Assembly: GCA_963769425.1 (NCBI GenBank)
Contig: CAVYLP010000001.1
Location: forward strand, 224,001-288,000
Length of the DNA: 64,000 bases
Reading direction: 5' to 3'
Source of the DNA: Candidatus Bathyarchaeota archaeon
GTDB taxonomy: Archaea; Thermoproteota; Bathyarchaeia; TCS64
Part shown: positions 39,569-48,821 of the stretch, piece after piece
How the letters are laid out: the number at the start of each line of letters is the position of its first letter
Position numbering within the stretch: the stretch's first letter is position 1
Program-made: the position numbers and the translations under genes
Notes under the pieces: model-generated
Told to the model about the DNA's origin: nothing
The model's database searches: none
Seen by the model: the letters and a program-made list of their open reading frames with translations, nothing else

Positions 39569-40300
39569 TTGTTAGTGACTAGATTGCGCATAGACGCTGT
39601 CATGCTGATTGGTGGTCTTTCCGAGGCCGACCTGAAGAAAAGGATCGAGATCCTGAGGAGCTATGCCTCTCCAGGCACGGAGGTGAACCTCGTATTCACA
39701 AAGAATCCACCCCCGTCCGTTGATTCGCTTGCGGAGATGGAGCTAGCGGCCCCCGGGATACTCGAGCGGGTCGTCAAGTCGGAGAGGGAGGGCGCTGACG
39801 CGGTGCTCATCTGGGGCGGCCACGACCCGTCGCTGCTCTCTGCCCGAAGCCTCGTCGACATACCCGTACTCGGTCCCGGAAGCGCCTCGATGCACGTCGC
39901 CAGCTTCCTAGCCGACTACTTCAGCCTAATAGTGCAGCTCCCCGAGGTGGAGCAGCTCGCGTGGCGCCAGATAAGAGACTACAGACTTGAGGAGAAGTGT
40001 GTCGGCGTCTACAGCGTCGACATCCCCGTGCTGGAGCTGGGGAAGCCGGAGAGCTACGATGCGGTAAAGGAGACGGTGATCGAGTCGATCGACGACGGCG
40101 CGGACGCCGTCTGCTTCGGCTGCATGGCGTTGAACAACCACGTGGACAGGCTCACGGAGGAGCTCAGGGAGACCCACCCGGGGGCAACAATCGTCCATCC
40201 CGGCAGAACATCGATCAGGTTGGCGGAGATGCTCGTCGAGCTAGGCTTGACCCAGAGCAGGTTCACCTACCCGAGCCCGCCGAAGCCCCTCAAGCTCTAA
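39569..40300 (+). CDS. Asp/Glu/hydantoin racemase superfamily protein (only one catalytic Cys)
   Basis: GADAVLIWGGHDP, DIPVLGP, GADAVCFGCM, TYPSPP. Confidence 0.85.
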   Translation: MLVTRLRIDAVMLIGGLSEADLKKRIEILRSYASPGTEVNLVFTKNPPPSVDSLAEMELAAPGILERVVKSEREGADAVLIWGGHDPSLLSARSLVDIPVLGPGSASMHVASFLADYFSLIVQLPEVEQLAWRQIRDYRLEEKCVGVYSVDIPVLELGKPESYDAVKETVIESIDDGADAVCFGCMALNNHVDRLTEELRETHPGATIVHPGRTSIRLAEMLVELGLTQSRFTYPSPPKPLKL

Positions 40301-40354
40301 GCAAGCCTATTATTAATCACAAATACTAGTTGAGGGAAAGTAATACTCGGTGAT

Positions 40355-41674
40355 ATGCGGAAGACAGGCGCCCTCTACCTCATCCTTCTCGCTTCGGAGT
40401 TCGTACTAATAGCCGTTCTATACACCCAGAAGGGGCTTATCTTTAGCGACGCCTCGTCGTTCCAGGTCGGCTGGACGGACACATGGGGGGGTCCCTACAG
40501 GGACTACGCCTACGACGCAGTCTTCGCAGGCGACGCCCTCTACGTCACCGGCGCTTCCTTCAACTACGGTCCCGGTCCGATCAACCTCGTCCTGCTGAAG
40601 TACAGCGGGGAGGGGGAGCGGCTCTGGAACAGGACCTTCTGGGACGGGGGCTACACTATGGGGCGAGGCCTCGCCTCCGACGGCAGCTCCGTCTACGTCA
40701 GCGGGATACACATCGACGAGAACGCCTCCTACTCGCTCTTGCTCAAATACGACCAGGAGGGGCGGCTGCTCTGGTCGAGGGAGTGGCGGCCGGGCCCCGA
40801 CGCCAAGTCGAGCGGGGTCGCACTTGACGCGAGGGGCAACGTCTACGTTACCGGCTACGTGATCCTCTCGCCCTTCGAGAACAGGGAGTTCCTGCTCAAG
40901 TACGGCGGTGACGGGAGCCTCATCTACTCTAGGGTCATAGACGCGAACGGCACAGAGACTGCGTGGGGCCTCTCCGTCACCGACGCCGTCTACATCTGTG
41001 GTGAGGTCACCCACAACACGACCATGCTGGAGAAGTACGGGGTGGCAACCGCCAGCATGTTGTTGAGGAAGGTCAGCCTAGACGGCGAGGTGATCTGGTC
41101 TAGGGAGGCCTTGTTCGGGCTGGACAGCGTCGCGAACTCGGTTGACTCTACGGGGGACATAGTCGTCGGGGGCTATATGATGTACAGGAACGAAACCGCT
41201 AAGGATGTCCTCCTGCGGTACGGGAGGGACGGCGAACTTGTGTCTACGAAGATTATGGGCGTCTCGGCGATAGAGGACATGATCTGGGGTGTGGCGGAGA
41301 CGGGGGAGTACACGTACATCGTGGGTCACACCCGCCCCTACTTCGACGACCTTAGCGATGCCGCCATCTACAAGCTGGGCCCCGGCGGCGCTATGCTCTG
41401 GGAGTACTACTACCGCGACTACAGCATAGACAGGTACAGGGCGGTCACCATACACGGCGACGACGTCTACGTGGTCGGGGAGACGTACTGGAGGAACCTC
41501 GACATGCAGATCCTCGTTAGGAAGTACACCTCGCCCAACGTGGTGTTGCCCCCAGAGGAGGCCCCAATCCTACGATCATCACCGTTGATAGTGGGAGTTC
41601 TCCTTGCCATCATCGCGGTCTATGGGATGGCTCAAACTCGATATGTAAGAAAGAGAAAGCATGGTACTCCGTAG
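40355..41674 (+). CDS. Membrane-anchored beta-propeller repeat protein
   Basis: Repeated VYVTG...LLKY..xG.LLW units; N- and C-terminal hydrophobic helices. Confidence 0.8.
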   Translation: MRKTGALYLILLASEFVLIAVLYTQKGLIFSDASSFQVGWTDTWGGPYRDYAYDAVFAGDALYVTGASFNYGPGPINLVLLKYSGEGERLWNRTFWDGGYTMGRGLASDGSSVYVSGIHIDENASYSLLLKYDQEGRLLWSREWRPGPDAKSSGVALDARGNVYVTGYVILSPFENREFLLKYGGDGSLIYSRVIDANGTETAWGLSVTDAVYICGEVTHNTTMLEKYGVATASMLLRKVSLDGEVIWSREALFGLDSVANSVDSTGDIVVGGYMMYRNETAKDVLLRYGRDGELVSTKIMGVSAIEDMIWGVAETGEYTYIVGHTRPYFDDLSDAAIYKLGPGGAMLWEYYYRDYSIDRYRAVTIHGDDVYVVGETYWRNLDMQILVRKYTSPNVVLPPEEAPILRSSPLIVGVLLAIIAVYGMAQTRYVRKRKHGTP

Positions 41675-41730
41675 CCTATCGTTGTGGCCGTTATTAGAAA
41701 ATCAGCTTAAAAATGCCGAGGGCGTAGGCA

Positions 41731-42237
41731 ATGTGGATGTCGTTAATGCACCCACTCAGGCGCAAGGACAAGGAGATCATCGACGAGGGTGAGATTAAGG
41801 GAATACTTCGGGAGGCTGAGCACATGACGATTGCCATGAGCCTCGACGACGAGCCCTACCTCGCCACCCTCAGCCACGGCTACGACGAGGACCGCGACTG
41901 CATCTACTTCCACTGCGCGCGGGAAGGGAAGAAAGTGGAGATTCTGAGAACGAATCCACGTGTCTGGGGGCAGGCCCTCGTCGACAACGGCTACCAGCAG
42001 GGGAGCTGCGACCACCTCTACAGGACAGCCCAGTTCCGCGGCAGGGTCACCTTCGTAGACGACCAGAGGGAGAAAGAGCACGCCCTAGGCGTCATGATCA
42101 GGCACCTCGACGATGACCCGGAGAGGATCAAGCATGAGCAGATCACGCCCCACTCAACGGATCGCATACTCATCGGTCGGATAGACATCGACTACATGAG
42201 TGGGAAGAAGGCCGACAAAATAATCGTACAGCTCTAA
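41731..42237 (+). CDS. Pyridoxamine 5'-phosphate oxidase-like (NimA-like) flavin-binding protein
   Basis: LRRKDKEI, IYFHCAREGKK, NPRV, MSGK. Confidence 0.88.
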   Translation: MWMSLMHPLRRKDKEIIDEGEIKGILREAEHMTIAMSLDDEPYLATLSHGYDEDRDCIYFHCAREGKKVEILRTNPRVWGQALVDNGYQQGSCDHLYRTAQFRGRVTFVDDQREKEHALGVMIRHLDDDPERIKHEQITPHSTDRILIGRIDIDYMSGKKADKIIVQL

Positions 42238-43151
42238 GCTGTTCTCGGGCGGCTCTTCACACCCTTGATGACTCCATCGATCATCTTGTAGACGGCCTTA
42301 AGCGCGATGCCGTCGGGGTCGCCCTTCGTGGGTAGGCTAGCAACCCCGAAGGAGGCTGCGTTTGGGTACCTGAACATGGCCTCGAGGGTGGCGGAGAGCT
42401 GGTCACTGTTGCATCCGTCCGGCACAGGCGTTGAGTGGCCGGGGACCTCCTCGGCGCTCAGCACGTCGGTGTCGACGTGTACGTAGATGATGTCTGTGAG
42501 GCTGCTGAGCCGGTCCATCTGTGTCTTTACATTCGGGCCTAGTCTGCGGATGTCATCGACGGTGATGTGTTCGATGTCGCTGTTGTCGATGATCTCTTGC
42601 TCTAGGGGGTCGGTGTCGCGGACCCCGGCGAGTGTGACGTAGCGGGTGGGAAGGGGTACTTCGAGCCCGCTTTGCCTCCTGAGCCGGTGAAGGCAGAGGC
42701 CGCAGCCGACGGCGACGGGCATCCCGCCAATCATCATGCTGAGGCTCGTCTCCGGCGTGTTGATGTCTCCGTGAGCGTCGAAGTATACAAGGCCCACCCG
42801 CAGGGGTTTCCAGTCGGGGCCGGCGAGCTGCGCCCCCGCCAGCATCCCCGTGAGCCCGACGCAGTTCGAGAGGAGGGAGATGTTGAGCTCACCCCTCTTG
42901 ATCTGTCCGGAGACTATCTCCGCCATATGGCGCCCAGCTAAACCGAGCCTGTTCAGCGTCCCGTACTGCTTCCCCTCCTCGGGGGTGAGCATCGCGGTCT
43001 TCGTCTCAGTGACCTCGACGCCGAGGCGCTCAAGCAGCGGGTAGAGGCCGCCCCTCTCCATGATGTCGGGGCCCTCGTCGAACTCCTTCCTCCCGAAGTT
43101 ACCGTCGTGCAGGAACTTTGCTACTCCAACGCGTAGCCTTTCGTTACCCAA
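42234..43151 (-). CDS. Arginase/ureohydrolase family protein
   Basis: YFDAHGDINTPETS, GGMP, GVRDTD, VHVDTDVL; GGDH replaced by LSNC. Confidence 0.85.
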   Translation of the reverse strand: MGNERLRVGVAKFLHDGNFGRKEFDEGPDIMERGGLYPLLERLGVEVTETKTAMLTPEEGKQYGTLNRLGLAGRHMAEIVSGQIKRGELNISLLSNCVGLTGMLAGAQLAGPDWKPLRVGLVYFDAHGDINTPETSLSMMIGGMPVAVGCGLCLHRLRRQSGLEVPLPTRYVTLAGVRDTDPLEQEIIDNSDIEHITVDDIRRLGPNVKTQMDRLSSLTDIIYVHVDTDVLSAEEVPGHSTPVPDGCNSDQLSATLEAMFRYPNAASFGVASLPTKGDPDGIALKAVYKMIDGVIKGVKSRPRTA

Positions 43152-43252
43152 ATCGAGTCAAGGCTAGAGGTACCGATCTGGGAAATATCTTCTCCCATCC
43201 GAGCCGTTATCTATAAACACGTGGGGAGGCTAGTTCACCTGATTAGACCGGA

Positions 43253-43492
43253 GTGACGCTTTTGGCTAAGAAGTTCAGGGTGAAGGTGGACGAGGCGACC
43301 TGCAAGGGGTGCGGCATCTGCGTCCACATCTGCGAGACTAAGGGGAATAAGAACCTGAGGTACGGGCAGAAGAGGACGCTCCTCGGGGGGAGCCTTCCCG
43401 AGGGCACCGACAAGTGCACCGGCTGCCGCTGGTGCGAGAGGTACTGCCCAGACTTCGCCATAACCATTGAGGAGGAGAAAAAGGATGCTTAA
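43253..43492 (+). CDS. korD: 2-oxoacid:ferredoxin oxidoreductase delta (ferredoxin) subunit
   Basis: CKGCGICVHIC and CTGCRWCERYCPDFAI; first gene of the operon. Confidence 0.85.
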   Translation: MTLLAKKFRVKVDEATCKGCGICVHICETKGNKNLRYGQKRTLLGGSLPEGTDKCTGCRWCERYCPDFAITIEEEKKDA

Positions 43493-44616
43493 GCCCGGTA
43501 AGAACCTGGTATTAGGGAACATAGCCTGCGCCGAGGGGGCGCTCCGAGCCGGGTGCCGACTCTTCGCCGGCTACCCAATCACGCCCGCAAACGAGATAAC
43601 CGAGTACATGAGCGGGGAGCTACCCAAGGTCGGCGGCTACTTCCTACAGATGGAGGACGAGATAGCGAGCATCGCCGCCTGCATCGGTGGGCAGTTGGGC
43701 GGGGGCCAAGCCCATGACAGCCACGAGCGGCCCTGGCTTCAGCCTCATGCAGGAGAACCTCAGCTACGCTCACATGACGGAGACGCCGCTGGTCGTCGTC
43801 GACGTTCAGCGCAGCGGCCCCTCGACGGGACAGTCGACGGACGCGAGCCAGCAGGACTTCTACCAGGCGCGCTACGGGGCGCACGGTGACTACGAGATCA
43901 TCGCTCTGAGCCCATGGAGCGCGCAGGAGATGTTCGACCTAACCGTCCGGGCATTCAACCTCGCCGAGCAGTACAGGACCCCCGTCTACTTCCTTGCAGA
44001 CGGCATGATCGGCCACATCAAGGAGGAGCTCACGGTCCCCGAGGAGGTCGAGATAGTGAACAGGAAGGCGCCATCCGGGCCCAACGTCACGCCGTTCGGG
44101 ACGGATGACCCCTCACTCGTCCCCGAGATGCCAAAGTTCGGGCAGGGTTACCGCCTGCAGGTCACGGGGAGCAGCCACCGCCCAAACGGCGTCCGCGACT
44201 ACAGCCCCAAGGTCCACTCCGACAAGGTGAGGAGGATAATGAAGAAGATCGCGCAGGCCGAGCCAAAGATCAGGGACGTCGCCAAGGTCGACCTCGACGA
44301 CGCGAGGGTCGCGGTGGTCAGCTTCGGCGCCTCCGCTCGCCCCAGCTACGGGGCGGTGAAGAAGCTCCGCGAGGAGGGAATCAAGGCGGGGCTGCTGAGG
44401 CTCAAGACCCTCTGGCCCCTCCCCGAGGAGGAGTTCGCCGACCTAGCTAACAAGGTGGACGCCATCCTCGTCGTCGAGATGAACGCGGGGAAGCTCGTCC
44501 GCGAGGTCCAGCGCGTCGCATGCGGGAAGACGAAGATCGCGTCCCTCACCCGCCTCGGCGGCGTCACCCCCACGCAGGGTGACATAGCACAGGAGCTCAG
44601 GAGGCTAGCGCAATGA
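43485..44616 (+). CDS. korA: 2-oxoacid:ferredoxin oxidoreductase alpha subunit, frameshift at about 43688
   Basis: AGYPITP, QMEDEIASI, TATSGPGFSLMQE, QRSGPSTG, VEMN. Confidence 0.9.
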
Positions 44617-45636
44617 AGAACCTAGGAGAGCTGAAGGCGGACTACATAGTCAACAATCTGACGGCGTTCTGCCCCGGCTGCGGCAACGGCATGATTCTGA
44701 ACTGCTTCGTCCGCGCTGTCGACGACCTCGGCTGGAACGTGGACGACATGCTCTGCGTCTCGGGTATCGGGTGCAGCAGCTGGATACCGAGCCCCCACTT
44801 CAGGGGAGACACCCTCCACACGACGCACGGGAGGGCGCTAGCCTTCGCCACGGGCGCGAAGGTCTTCAACCCGTCGCTGAAGACGGTGGTCTTCACGGGT
44901 GACGGCGACGGTGCCGGGATAGGTGGCAACCACCTGATCCACGCGGCTCGCCGCAACATCGGGATCACCTGCATACTCGTCAACAACTTCAACTACGCCA
45001 TGACTGGAGGACAGATCGCCCCGACGACGCTCCACGACTCTAAAACGAGCACGAGCCCATACGGTAACCCCGAGCAGCCCTTCGACATCGCGAAGTTAGT
45101 CGCAGCAGCGGGTGCCACCTACGTCGCCAAGTGGACCACAAACCACGTCATAGAACTCACAAAGAGCATGAAGGAGGCGATGCAGAACCCCGGCTTCAGC
45201 TTCATCGAGGTCCTGAGCCAGTGCCCGACGCAGCAGAGGAACATCCTCGGCGTCCGTGCACCCGCGCAGGAGCTACCCAGCAGGCTACTCGACATGCTCG
45301 CCGAGAGCACCTACATAGCCGATAGGGAGGAGAGGAAGAGCTACATCTACACCGTCCTCGCCGGTGAGCCCGAGGCCGCCCTGAAGGCGGTGGAGAAGGC
45401 GCTGGGAGACACGGGTAAGGCGCAGCTCGTCGACCACCTCACCCTCGGGAGGGTGGCGCGCGTCGACGCGGACGACATCGAGGCCGCGAAGGCGAAGCTC
45501 GGCATACCCGAGGTGAAGCGCATAGCCGACTGCCCGCGAGGGGAAGCAGGAGATAGGCGTCTTCGTCAGGAAGACGCGCACCGAGTACACGGAGGCGCTT
45601 CGCGAGGTCGGTAGACGCGCGAGGGGTGAGCAGTGA
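44613..45636 (+). CDS. korB: 2-oxoacid:ferredoxin oxidoreductase beta subunit with C-terminal insertion, frameshift at about 45535
   Basis: FCPGCG, SGIGCS, HGRA, GDGD, NNFNYAMTGGQ, SQCPT; tail GKQEIGVF..EY ends at TGA 45636, overlapping the korC ATG. Confidence 0.9.
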
Positions 45637-46169
45637 TGCAGACGAACATCATGATCAGCGGCACTGGCGGACAGGGCATCCTAGCAGCCGCCGACTTCCT
45701 CAGCGAGGCACTCTTCCGCAACGGCTTCCACGTCGTGGGGACCCGCAGCTATGGCGCCGAGGCCCGTGGGGGCAGCGCCCAGAGCGTCGTCATCGCGAGC
45801 GACAAGGAGATCTACGACATACAGTTCGAGGCGAGTGACGCGATGCTCGTCCTCAGCCTCCCCGCTTACAGGAAGTACATAGGGGTGGCTAAGAGTGGGA
45901 GCCTTGTCATGGTCGACAGCCGAGTCATGTCGCGCCTCAAGCCGGAGGAGGCGAGGAAGGACGTGGAGACCGTCGCGGTCCCCGCCGCGGACCTCGCCGA
46001 GAAGCTCGGCAACCCCATCGTCGCCAATATGATAATCCTCGCCGCCTACACGAAGAAGACGGGCATCATCACCCTCGACCAGCTACGTGGCTCGGTTAAG
46101 GCGTTGATGAGGCCCCAATTCCACGACCTCAACCTCAAGGCGATCGAGGCGGGCGCGGCGGCAGTCTGA
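45636..46169 (+). CDS. korC: 2-oxoacid:ferredoxin oxidoreductase gamma subunit
   Basis: SGTGGQGI, SYGAEARGG, ANMIIL, NLKAIEAG. Confidence 0.9.
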   Translation: MQTNIMISGTGGQGILAAADFLSEALFRNGFHVVGTRSYGAEARGGSAQSVVIASDKEIYDIQFEASDAMLVLSLPAYRKYIGVAKSGSLVMVDSRVMSRLKPEEARKDVETVAVPAADLAEKLGNPIVANMIILAAYTKKTGIITLDQLRGSVKALMRPQFHDLNLKAIEAGAAAV

Positions 46170-46615
46170 GGGACCCGAGCACGAGCAGGGAGTACCCGGC
46201 CCACCCCATCCCCGGAGTCGCCGGGATAGTAGTGAGGGGCAAGGAGCTTCTACTGGTTAAGCGTGGGCGGGAGCCGGCCAAAGGATTGTGGGGGATCCCC
46301 GGGGGCGTCGTCGAGGTCGGCGAGACCGTCGAGGAGGCACTCGTCAGGGAGGTCCGAGAGGAGACTGGCTGCGAGTGCCGCCCAATAAAACAACTCACGA
46401 CCTTCGACTCGATCCGCAGGGACCCGGATGGGCGCGTCCACTGGCACTACGTCCTATTCGAGTACCTCTGCGAATACATCTCGGGGGAGCCAAAGGCCAG
46501 CGACGACGCCGACGAAGCGAGGTGGGTGAGGCTCGACGACCTCGGCTCTGTCAACATAATGGAGTCGACGCGTGCCTTCGTGGAGAAGGTGACCCGGGAA
46601 GAGAAGCTTCTCTGA
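46166..46615 (+). CDS. NUDIX hydrolase (ADP-ribose pyrophosphatase-like)
   Basis: Nudix box GGVVEVGETVEEALVREVREETG, HYVL, ASDDA; the N-terminal SREYPAHPIPGV lies upstream of the called GTG. Confidence 0.9.
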   Translation: MRDPSTSREYPAHPIPGVAGIVVRGKELLLVKRGREPAKGLWGIPGGVVEVGETVEEALVREVREETGCECRPIKQLTTFDSIRRDPDGRVHWHYVLFEYLCEYISGEPKASDDADEARWVRLDDLGSVNIMESTRAFVEKVTREEKLL

Positions 46616-46669
46616 CCATTTGGATACTATTTATATATTGATTCTCCCAACTGGTTAACCAGATGTAGG

Positions 46670-46897
46670 ATGTCAGCCGACGTAGAACTTGACGCCAAGG
46701 GGTTGAGGTGCCCTATGCCAATAATGAAGGCCACGAGGGTCATCAAAGATATGAAGCCTGGTCAGATTCTCAAGATAACAGCTACAGACCCGGGCTCGAG
46801 GAGGGACTTCGAGGGCTGGGCGAAGAATGGCGGGCACACCCTCCTTGACGTGAAGGAGGAGAACGACGTCTACACCTACACGATACGGAAGGGATGA
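46670..46897 (+). CDS. tusA: Sulfur carrier TusA/SirA
   Basis: LDAKGLRCPMP, ATDPGS..D. Confidence 0.92.
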   Translation: MSADVELDAKGLRCPMPIMKATRVIKDMKPGQILKITATDPGSRRDFEGWAKNGGHTLLDVKEENDVYTYTIRKG

Positions 46898-46901
46898 AAA
46901 A

Positions 46902-47330
46902 ATGAGTGAAGAGAAGAAGCCGAAGAAGATGGCAATCATAGTGCACTCGGGGAGCCTCGACAAGCTCTACCCCGTCTTCATGCTGAGTAGCACCGGGGGG
47001 GCGATGGATGTGGAGACCCACCTATTCTTCACGTTCTGGGGCCTTATGGCACTCAAGAAGGGCGGCCTCGAAAAGGCGGGCCTCCCCGACTTCATGATGA
47101 TAGGTACCGATATGATGAAGGGCAAGATCAAGGATGCCAAGGTACCCACCCTCACCGAGCTCCTGAAGATGTGCAAGCAGATGGGTAACGTCAAAATCTA
47201 TGCCTGTAGCACAACGATGGAGATCATGGGCGTGAAGAGGGAGGAGCTGATCCCCGAGGTCGACGAGGTCGTCGGCGCGGCGACCTTCCTCAGCATCGCA
47301 CTGGACAGCGACGTTCAGCTGTTCATCTAG
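46902..47330 (+). CDS. DsrE2/DrsE-like sulfurtransferase
   Basis: LFFTFWGL, IYACSTTM, VGAATFL. Confidence 0.9.
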   Translation: MSEEKKPKKMAIIVHSGSLDKLYPVFMLSSTGGAMDVETHLFFTFWGLMALKKGGLEKAGLPDFMMIGTDMMKGKIKDAKVPTLTELLKMCKQMGNVKIYACSTTMEIMGVKREELIPEVDEVVGAATFLSIALDSDVQLFI

Positions 47331-47705
47331 GTGCACGTGATGGGTCGCCTAACCATCCTGCTCTGTCACAGCCCTTTCCACCACGAGTCGGTCGACGAGG
47401 CCATAGAGATCGGGCGCGCCGCACTGACCCGGGGGCATAAGCTGGACATCTTCTTGATGATGGACGGGGTCTACTCCGCTTACAACAGGCAAAGCGGTGA
47501 GCCATTCAACGTAGAGGCGGTCTACCAGAGGCTCGAAGATCTTATGACGAAGGGCGGGAGGGTCGTGCTCTGCAGGGTCTGCGCCGAGCTCAGAGGCATA
47601 TCCGAGGACACCATGCCCAAGGGCATTGAGGTCGGGGGTCTCTTCGACCTAAGCGAGTCTATAGCCGAGTCCGACGCGGTCCTCAGCTTCGCGGGGGGTG
47701 GATGA
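47331..47705 (+). CDS. DsrE/TusD-like protein
   Basis: IFLMMDGVY, LCRVCAELRGI, GGLFDL..I..SD. Confidence 0.85.
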   Translation: MHVMGRLTILLCHSPFHHESVDEAIEIGRAALTRGHKLDIFLMMDGVYSAYNRQSGEPFNVEAVYQRLEDLMTKGGRVVLCRVCAELRGISEDTMPKGIEVGGLFDLSESIAESDAVLSFAGGG

Positions 47706-48045
47706 GATGCCCGAGAAGAACCTGCTGATCATAATTAAATCCGCGCCATATACGACGCTCGACTACTACGAGGGTACGAGGACCGCCGCAGGGCTCATAG
47801 AGCACAAGCTCAGGATACTCTACACCGGCGACGGCGTCTACGCCGCGACCAAGGCATCTGATAAGAAGCTGACGGGCCAATTCCTCTCGGATTTACCCGA
47901 TCTGGGGGTCGAGTTGTACGCAGACGTTAACGCGATGAGGGAGAGGGGAATAACTGACTCGGAGCTGGCCTCATTCATCGCACCAGCCGATGCGGGGAAG
48001 CTCACGGAGCTTGTAGCGAACGCAGAGGCATCCTTGGTCTTCTGA
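47698..48045 (+). CDS. DsrF/TusC-like protein
   Basis: IIKSAPY, GDGVY, ERGI. Confidence 0.8.
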   Translation: MDEMPEKNLLIIIKSAPYTTLDYYEGTRTAAGLIEHKLRILYTGDGVYAATKASDKKLTGQFLSDLPDLGVELYADVNAMRERGITDSELASFIAPADAGKLTELVANAEASLVF

Positions 48046-48046
48046 G

Positions 48047-48316
48047 GTGAGATGCATGAAACTCTTCATCATCAGGAAACACGACGCGTCGCAGCTCAGG
48101 TTGGCCGAGTCCGTTAATGGCGCATCAATCGTCTTACTGCAGGACGGGGTGTTCCTGGCGACTTCGCCCATCAAGGCAGACGAAGTCTACGCGCTCGCAG
48201 AGGACGCCGAGAAGCGTGGCGTGAGGGATAAACTCCAAAAGCGGCTCCGGCTCGTCGGATACGATGAGCTGGCCGCACTACTACTCGAGGGCGGTAAAAC
48301 GGTGATCAATCTCTGA
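48047..48316 (+). CDS. DsrH/TusB-like protein
   Basis: VLLQDGV, YALAEDAEKRG, VGYDEL. Confidence 0.85.
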   Translation: MRCMKLFIIRKHDASQLRLAESVNGASIVLLQDGVFLATSPIKADEVYALAEDAEKRGVRDKLQKRLRLVGYDELAALLLEGGKTVINL

Positions 48317-48327
48317 GGCGCCATGAA

Positions 48328-48774
48328 ATGGACATAGACTCCTGGGATAGGCAGATTCTTGAGACGCTGGCGAGGGATGCCCGCCTCAGCTACAGGGACA
48401 TAGCTAAGCATCTTGGGCTGAGCCACGCGAGCGTCTCGGCCCGCATCAAGAGGCTCGAGGAGGGCGGCGTCATCAAGGGCTACGCCGCGGTCATCAACCC
48501 GGACGCCGAGGGACTCTACCCGCTGTGCCTGAGGATTTCGGCGAAGTCTGGTTACGAACTCGGGGAGATCGGTAGGAGGATAGCCGAGTTCCCCGAGGTA
48601 CACGTCGTCATGAGGGTGAGCGGCGAGTGCGAGCTACTCGCCCTGACTCTAAGCGGGGACAGGCAGGCCGCCCTAGACCTGCTCTCGAGGATCAACAGGG
48701 TTGAGGGCATCGAAAAGGCAGAGAGCCACGTCGTGCTCGAGTCCCTGAAACTCTCCGGGTTCAGACTCAAGTAG
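48328..48774 (+). CDS. Lrp/AsnC family transcriptional regulator
   Basis: DARLSYRDIAKHLGLS..VSARIKRLEEGGVIKGY. Confidence 0.92.
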   Translation: MDIDSWDRQILETLARDARLSYRDIAKHLGLSHASVSARIKRLEEGGVIKGYAAVINPDAEGLYPLCLRISAKSGYELGEIGRRIAEFPEVHVVMRVSGECELLALTLSGDRQAALDLLSRINRVEGIEKAESHVVLESLKLSGFRLK

Positions 48775-48821
48775 GCTAGAAGCCGTTTTTAACGCCTCGC
48801 CACACGTGTTTATGAGGCACC

